A stretch of DNA of 55,884 bases, counting the filler, from Platydemus manokwari (Eukaryota): assembly GCA_037951405.1 (NCBI GenBank). It is 4 parts of 4 records of this genome, joined end to end, with 100 filler letters (N's around TTAATTAATTAA, not from the genome) between each part and the next. Parts side by side here need not be neighbours in the genome. Positions count along the whole stretch, not along the records: positions 46,955 to 55,884 come from JBBMOY011327872.1; 3 more parts are not named here. One strand, written 5' to 3'. Positions 50,325 to 55,884 of this stretch are shown piece by piece. Numbering within the stretch: the stretch's first letter is position 1; every line of letters starts with the position of its first letter. Both the position numbers and the translations under genes were made by a program. The notes under the pieces are model-generated. The model saw only the letters and a program-made list of their open reading frames with translations, searched no databases and had not been told where the DNA came from.

Positions 50325-53300
50325 CACAAGGATTAGTTCGCAAATCAAATTAAAAACATTTGACAATTTGAAGAATTAAAAAAATATTTAAATTTATGCG
50401 ACAATTAATGTTAGCATAATAATATAATAATATAATTATTTAAAATTAATAAATTATATGAAAATTAATATCTAAAAAAATTAAAATGTCAGACCATTAT
50501 TAAAAAAATTAATTAAAATTATCATGCAAAAAAATCAAACTTGTTTTGGATTGACTATATATCCAATGATTTGTAGATATCATCGAGTCTCTATCAAGAT
50601 TTTTGTTTATAATTCTGTATTTTTGACAAATCTTTAAAAATACTAACTTTGTAAATTTTATCTTTCATTTCTAAACCACAATAATACGAAAATAATTAGA
50701 GAAAAATCTTTTATACATAAGGAATAAGCAATTTTCATTTGAATACATGGGAAAATTAATTGACAATCAAATTTCCCACCAATTTCAATTAATAATAATG
50801 TGTTAAATTGCTTCAATCCTGTTGACTTAACATGAGACACCTTAGAAATGCTTTCTCATAACTAAGCACTTTTATAACAGATTGACTTAACAGGGAATCT
50901 GAAAAAATATTTTTAACATAATTGAGTAGCATGCTATACATTATGAATTGCTTTCAGAGATATGAACACCAAACAAAATGAAAATATAAAATCGTATAGT
51001 TATAGATAGGTTTGAGGCACGCTTTTTTATTAAAAATATCAAATTATTTTGATTTTCTAGTTAAGCGAGGAATGATATAAATAGTGGTCGTGAACCCATA
51101 TATACTGATTGCCAATGATTAATATCAAAATACATTAAATAGAAATATTTCTGATTTTGAACATTTGAGGTTTCATGTTTGTGAAATGCATATGTGTAAA
51201 GCATTTACCTTATCATTTATTTGTATATTAATTTATTGTTTAATTTGATATATAAATAATTAAATTATTTAAACAAAAATGGATAATATAATAAGATATG
51301 ATTTACCATGTATTTAAGCTAAAAGCGGAATCACAGACTCTCCGATGTATATATTTTGGAAAAATAAATAACTGAAATTTATAAGCAAAACATGAATGCA
51401 ATATAATGATATAAACATTAATAAATATTTATAAAATCAAGTTATAATAATATTGTCAAGAAGAGTTGAGTCACTAAAATGGTAAAAGTAAATGATGTGC
51501 TCGTAATTGTGTCAACCAATCAATTTATAACACTTTGCATTCTTAGTATCAGAAACGAAATTGGCTTTTACTTTACTTGGATCTCTTTTCATGCAATTCT
51601 TAATAAGTACGCTAGATTTATTTAAACATTTCATTGAGGTGAAATAACATTATTCTAACAACTATGATTCAATTGCATTATATTATAAGATCCAATAAAT
51701 ATTACAAAATAAAACCAAAATGGTGATGATGTTAAGAATGATCAGATAAAAACTTGGATTAGCAATTGACGGCTAACGATATAAATAGTTTTAATGGTTC
51801 ATTCAAAATAAACAAATAATTATATTATAAAATTACCATATGTAGAATTATTCGTCAAAATAAAAGTAAGTCAAATAATACTTTTGATTTACATTTTTTA
51901 ACGAATTATTTCTTACTAAATCTACGACATTATCTAAGGGACTAATTATAACAACTTTCTGTAACTACCACAAAATAAAAGAAATTCCAATTTGATCTAT
52001 GCAGCCAAATGACCCAAAATATTAAGCTCCCTATATTATTACTGTCAAGTAATATTTATTCGGATCTTTAGATATTCCCTTACAGCACAACCCTGTATCA
52101 AAATATCCTAGTTTTAACATAAATTATTTTCTAAATAAATAAAATAATGTAATACAGTTTGAAAAATTAACTTCACCTGCACAGCATTAAGTGAATAAAT
52201 CTTTGATTTTGTTCTTATGCTGACATACATTTTAAGTAATTTTGTTTTACTTTAAAATACAATAAAAATTAAGAAATTAACTAAGTTTAAGAAAAGTTAA
52301 AAACACCTGAAATAAAATTTTTAATATCTTTAGAGTATTGCCAAAATTAATTTTTTTCAGAAAGCTCTATAAAGAAATTTTTAAACTTTTTATTTATATA
52401 CTTCGACGAGTTGTAGCTACATTATAACTAGAGAAGTCATTTATGAAAATTATTAGATAAGTAATGATGGGTGATAACGAATCAATTTGATCTCATTTTG
52501 GTGTCATTAATTTTGAATCGATGTCTGGAGAACATTGGGAGATCTTTGGTTATAAAAATGTAATATTATATGTAATTTGATATAAAGTTTAAATAATTGA
52601 TAAACATGTTGTTTTTCAAAAAATCTCGTAACATTACCTGATACCCGAAAAAGAATTTACCCTTAAACTAGAGAACTTACATAATTTGTTGGGTCTACCG
52701 ACTGTAGAGCGCAACAATTCTCGTAATCACCTGACTCCAAAAATGTGTATGTAATTATCAGCTATATAGAATTAAATTTTAGAATAATAATAATAGGCTG
52801 AATAGCTTGACCCAAATAAAATATAATCGAAATGACAAAATTACAATATGAAATATTATTATCATAACAATGAATTATAGAGGATAAGCAAGATTTTTGC
52901 AAACAAACTTTAATTCTTTAATTAATCGACTTTTGTGAGGTTATATTATGATGGAATTAGAGATCTTGTATCTCCCTTATAGCAATGCCCATAAGAGTTC
53001 CCAAACGGTTTTATTTGGGGCCAGGCTTTAAGGTATCGAATTCATTACCATAAATATGTTGAGATTTTAGATTTTTATAATTTAATTTGCATCCTAGATG
53101 AATAGATTCAGTCTACAATGGTACAAGAGGTATCCAGAATTATAATTATAATAATTCAAGATATTAAATTATAATAATTTTCGTTTAACGACCGTTTAGA
53201 TAAAATACAATGCAACTTACAGTTTAGTTAAAATATTCCGAATAAACAATTGAAGATTGCACGTAAGTACCGCTTTATGGTTTGCTAATTAAATCAATGA

Positions 53301-54659
53301 TTTGAAGAAACTGCTATAGATTATAGATTTCACTTTTTCTCTTTCTCACGATTCGAATTTTTAAATACTAGTTGTACACCTTCAGTCATCTTTTAGATGT
53401 GTTTTAAACTTCGATAAATTGGCTTAGAGTAGTGAAATTAAATCCAATGTTGTTACAGTAGCCGAATATTTATACTTGTTTAATTTAATTGCTGTCACTT
53501 CAGTATGAATTTCTAAATAAACTTTTTAGATGGTTTTATTTTGTTCTTATTTTTTATATACTTATCTTCAAATTCTTTATTTGATTTTCAATCTATTTTT
53601 AGGATTTATTAATCTTATTTTTACCCATTAATTTTCCTGATTATTATTTTTAGTAACTAATTTATCTAAATTTCATATTTGGATTTCTTTTAATCTAGTA
53701 AAAAATTTTAGATTATTATTGTAGTTCCATTTTTGGAAAAATCAATTTTCAGGGTGAGTCAAAATGTTATTGTCTGAAACGATTTTAGATATTAATTATT
53801 ATTCTTACTATTTATTATAGAGTTGTACCCATCAATTTCAAGAATTCAAAACCAAAGTGGTAATATTTCGACTATCCATATATTAATATTGTACAGCAAA
53901 TTTCTCATAACGTTATATATATATACATCTTATTAATTATATTTCGTAAAAACTCTCACTACAACAATAGCAATTAATCCTAAGTAATCAAAATAGCTCG
54001 ATTATTGTCTTATATTTTTAAATTTAGATTAAAGATTCGAATATGCTAGTAGAATTACCTTATTTAGAGTTTATAATACTGAGAGTAATTTTTTTCCTTT
54101 GAATATAAATCTAGAAAATATAAAACACTTCTGGTGCTATAGAATTATGAAATATTAATTAAAGTATTCAACAACTTGATTATAAATATAATAATATAAT
54201 TACTACACTCGATAAAGATGATATTAATATTCACACGAAGAATGTTAGTATGCCATCAGACCAAGACACTTCAAAATGCAATCATATAACAAAAGCAAAC
54301 ATAACATTGAAAACCTTTGGTTTCGTTTTATTATTTGACATTTATAAACATTACGGCCATATAACTTAACATCTCAGATTTTTCGAAAGTTAATATTTAG
54401 GATTTAATAGCAAATGATAAGCTCATGTTTGATATGATATAACAATATTAATAGGTCTTCACTTAACATTGTATTCCAAGGCTATCAATATGAAGAACAA
54501 AAATTATAATAAGTTTACGATGGTAAGATGAAAGCAATTTATAATAATAGTGAAATATAAACTGGAGTTGTACTATATCGACAATTATCACTGTCTAAAT
54601 AAAGCGTCAAAAATTGATAATATAATTGTAAACATAAGTAATGATCTTTCATAATGAAA

Positions 54660-55200
54660 TTTCTACTATGGAAACGCCTACGATGTTGCAGAAAGCCTAT
54701 GTGTCGTAAACCAGAGCAAATAAATGGTGTAAAAAGTTCAAGGAGAGTATTTAAGACGACAACAGGTCAAGAAAATAAAAAATGATTGATAATTAGAGAC
54801 CTTAATGATGATGCACACATTTCATTTGGATCAGTCCACGTCATTTTGAAAGATCATTATGAGCATTTGACAAGTCTAATATCGTTTAATGCCTAAACAC
54901 TCCGAAAGTCTTGTAAATGTTTGCAAAACAATGATTTCTCACTATCCGAAAGTCAAAAAGTATAATTACGCAAGATGCCACCTGGATCTACGCCTACCTC
55001 TAGAAAGGAGCAATATAATAGTTCGAATATCGTATCAAAGGTTGGAAAAAATCGAAAAAATTAACTTCAAAATAGCTCAAAAGCAAAGTTTATGTTTTCT
55101 TCAATTATCGCAATATTGTGCATGATACATTCCTTCATCGGTACCAAATTCTAATTGCGTGTTACAAATCGTTTGCGTATAAAAAATTGTGTAAAAAATA
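54660..55200 (+). mobile_element. mariner transposase relic
   Basis: TMLQKAY..TRANKWCKKFKE..DDNRS, ISFGSVHVILKDH, RLMPK (WVP-equivalent), and IITQDATWIYAY at 54962 (TGDETW motif), with stops and frameshifts. Confidence 0.8.
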
Positions 55201-55884
55201 ATCCATTTAAAGTATACGAAATGTGTATGGCATGTGTGCATTTTGAATGAAAATAACAGGACGTGTTGCTGTTGAGTGTTGATGTCGGTTTGAATGTTTG
55301 CTATATAAATATGTTATGTAAGAATTTTAAAAAATTTGGAAAAAAAAGTTATTTTTCAAAATTATATTTATTATAAATGCTGACAAAAATGATTCTCAAT
55401 GCATCTAATAAAAACGTCTCCCGAATCAAATAGAAAAATGAGACATGGAAACATCTCTTCATTTTCCTTGAAAACTTTCAAAATATATATCCATAATTTT
55501 AGCAATCAGAAATTTATAATTACGAAAATTTTATCAAAAGTGGCAGAAAAATTTGAGTTTTCTGTAAAATATCGAAAGACTTCTGACAATCCAAACCATT
55601 ATCTGGCTCGTGATATCTTCATTCAGAGAAATTTAAACTAAAATTCCATGCCTTGTAGTCAGTTATTGAAGTCTGTTAATTCCGATGATTTTTAGTTGAA
55701 GGGAAAATATTTTGGCAGCGATTCTTGATGTGATCATAAAGATAAATCGAAACCAATCTATCAAAATGAATTACATTTTATATGAATGAAATAAAAATTA
55801 AATAAAGATAACTCTGAAGTAAAATGGTAAAAATAAAATGAAATAGTAGTCTACAAAAAGAATATTTATCTTCATTTTTCCTGA

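Noticed and set aside
55590-55860. LKGKYFGSD-like mariner C-terminal fragment
   Set aside because: Too degraded; no YSPDLAP motif.
1-55884. CRISPR arrays, tRNA/rRNA genes, operon-like prokaryotic systems
   Set aside because: None seen; spliceosomal introns show the DNA is eukaryotic.

Overview
AT-rich eukaryotic (animal-like, ciliated) genomic DNA in four contigs joined by three artificial 100-nt N44-TTAATTAATTAA-N44 linkers. Reading splice sites by hand gives: an intronless rhodopsin-family GPCR (-), a 5'-incomplete EFHC2-like gene (+), the 3' part of BBS2 (+), an intronless 546-aa tandem-RING gene (+), a small three-exon TRIQK-like gene missed by the ORF track (-), a complete but strongly divergent bestrophin (+), and a complete CCT8 (-) convergent with it. 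Most introns are 43-63 nt. Intergenic DNA is largely transposon debris: a degenerate RLE-type non-LTR retrotransposon bounded by ~60-bp direct repeats, a hAT MITE with TSD, a Buster-type hAT deletion derivative, LTR-like relics, a Polinton-type pPolB relic and a mariner relic. Best leads: the bestrophin with altered Ca2+-clasp/neck/RFP motifs, the orphan tandem-RING gene, the terminally repeated non-LTR element, the hidden TRIQK, and a pair of RFX X-boxes without an assigned gene. All homology calls come from motifs recognised by eye; no database searches were run. No clearly new multi-gene system could be demonstrated.
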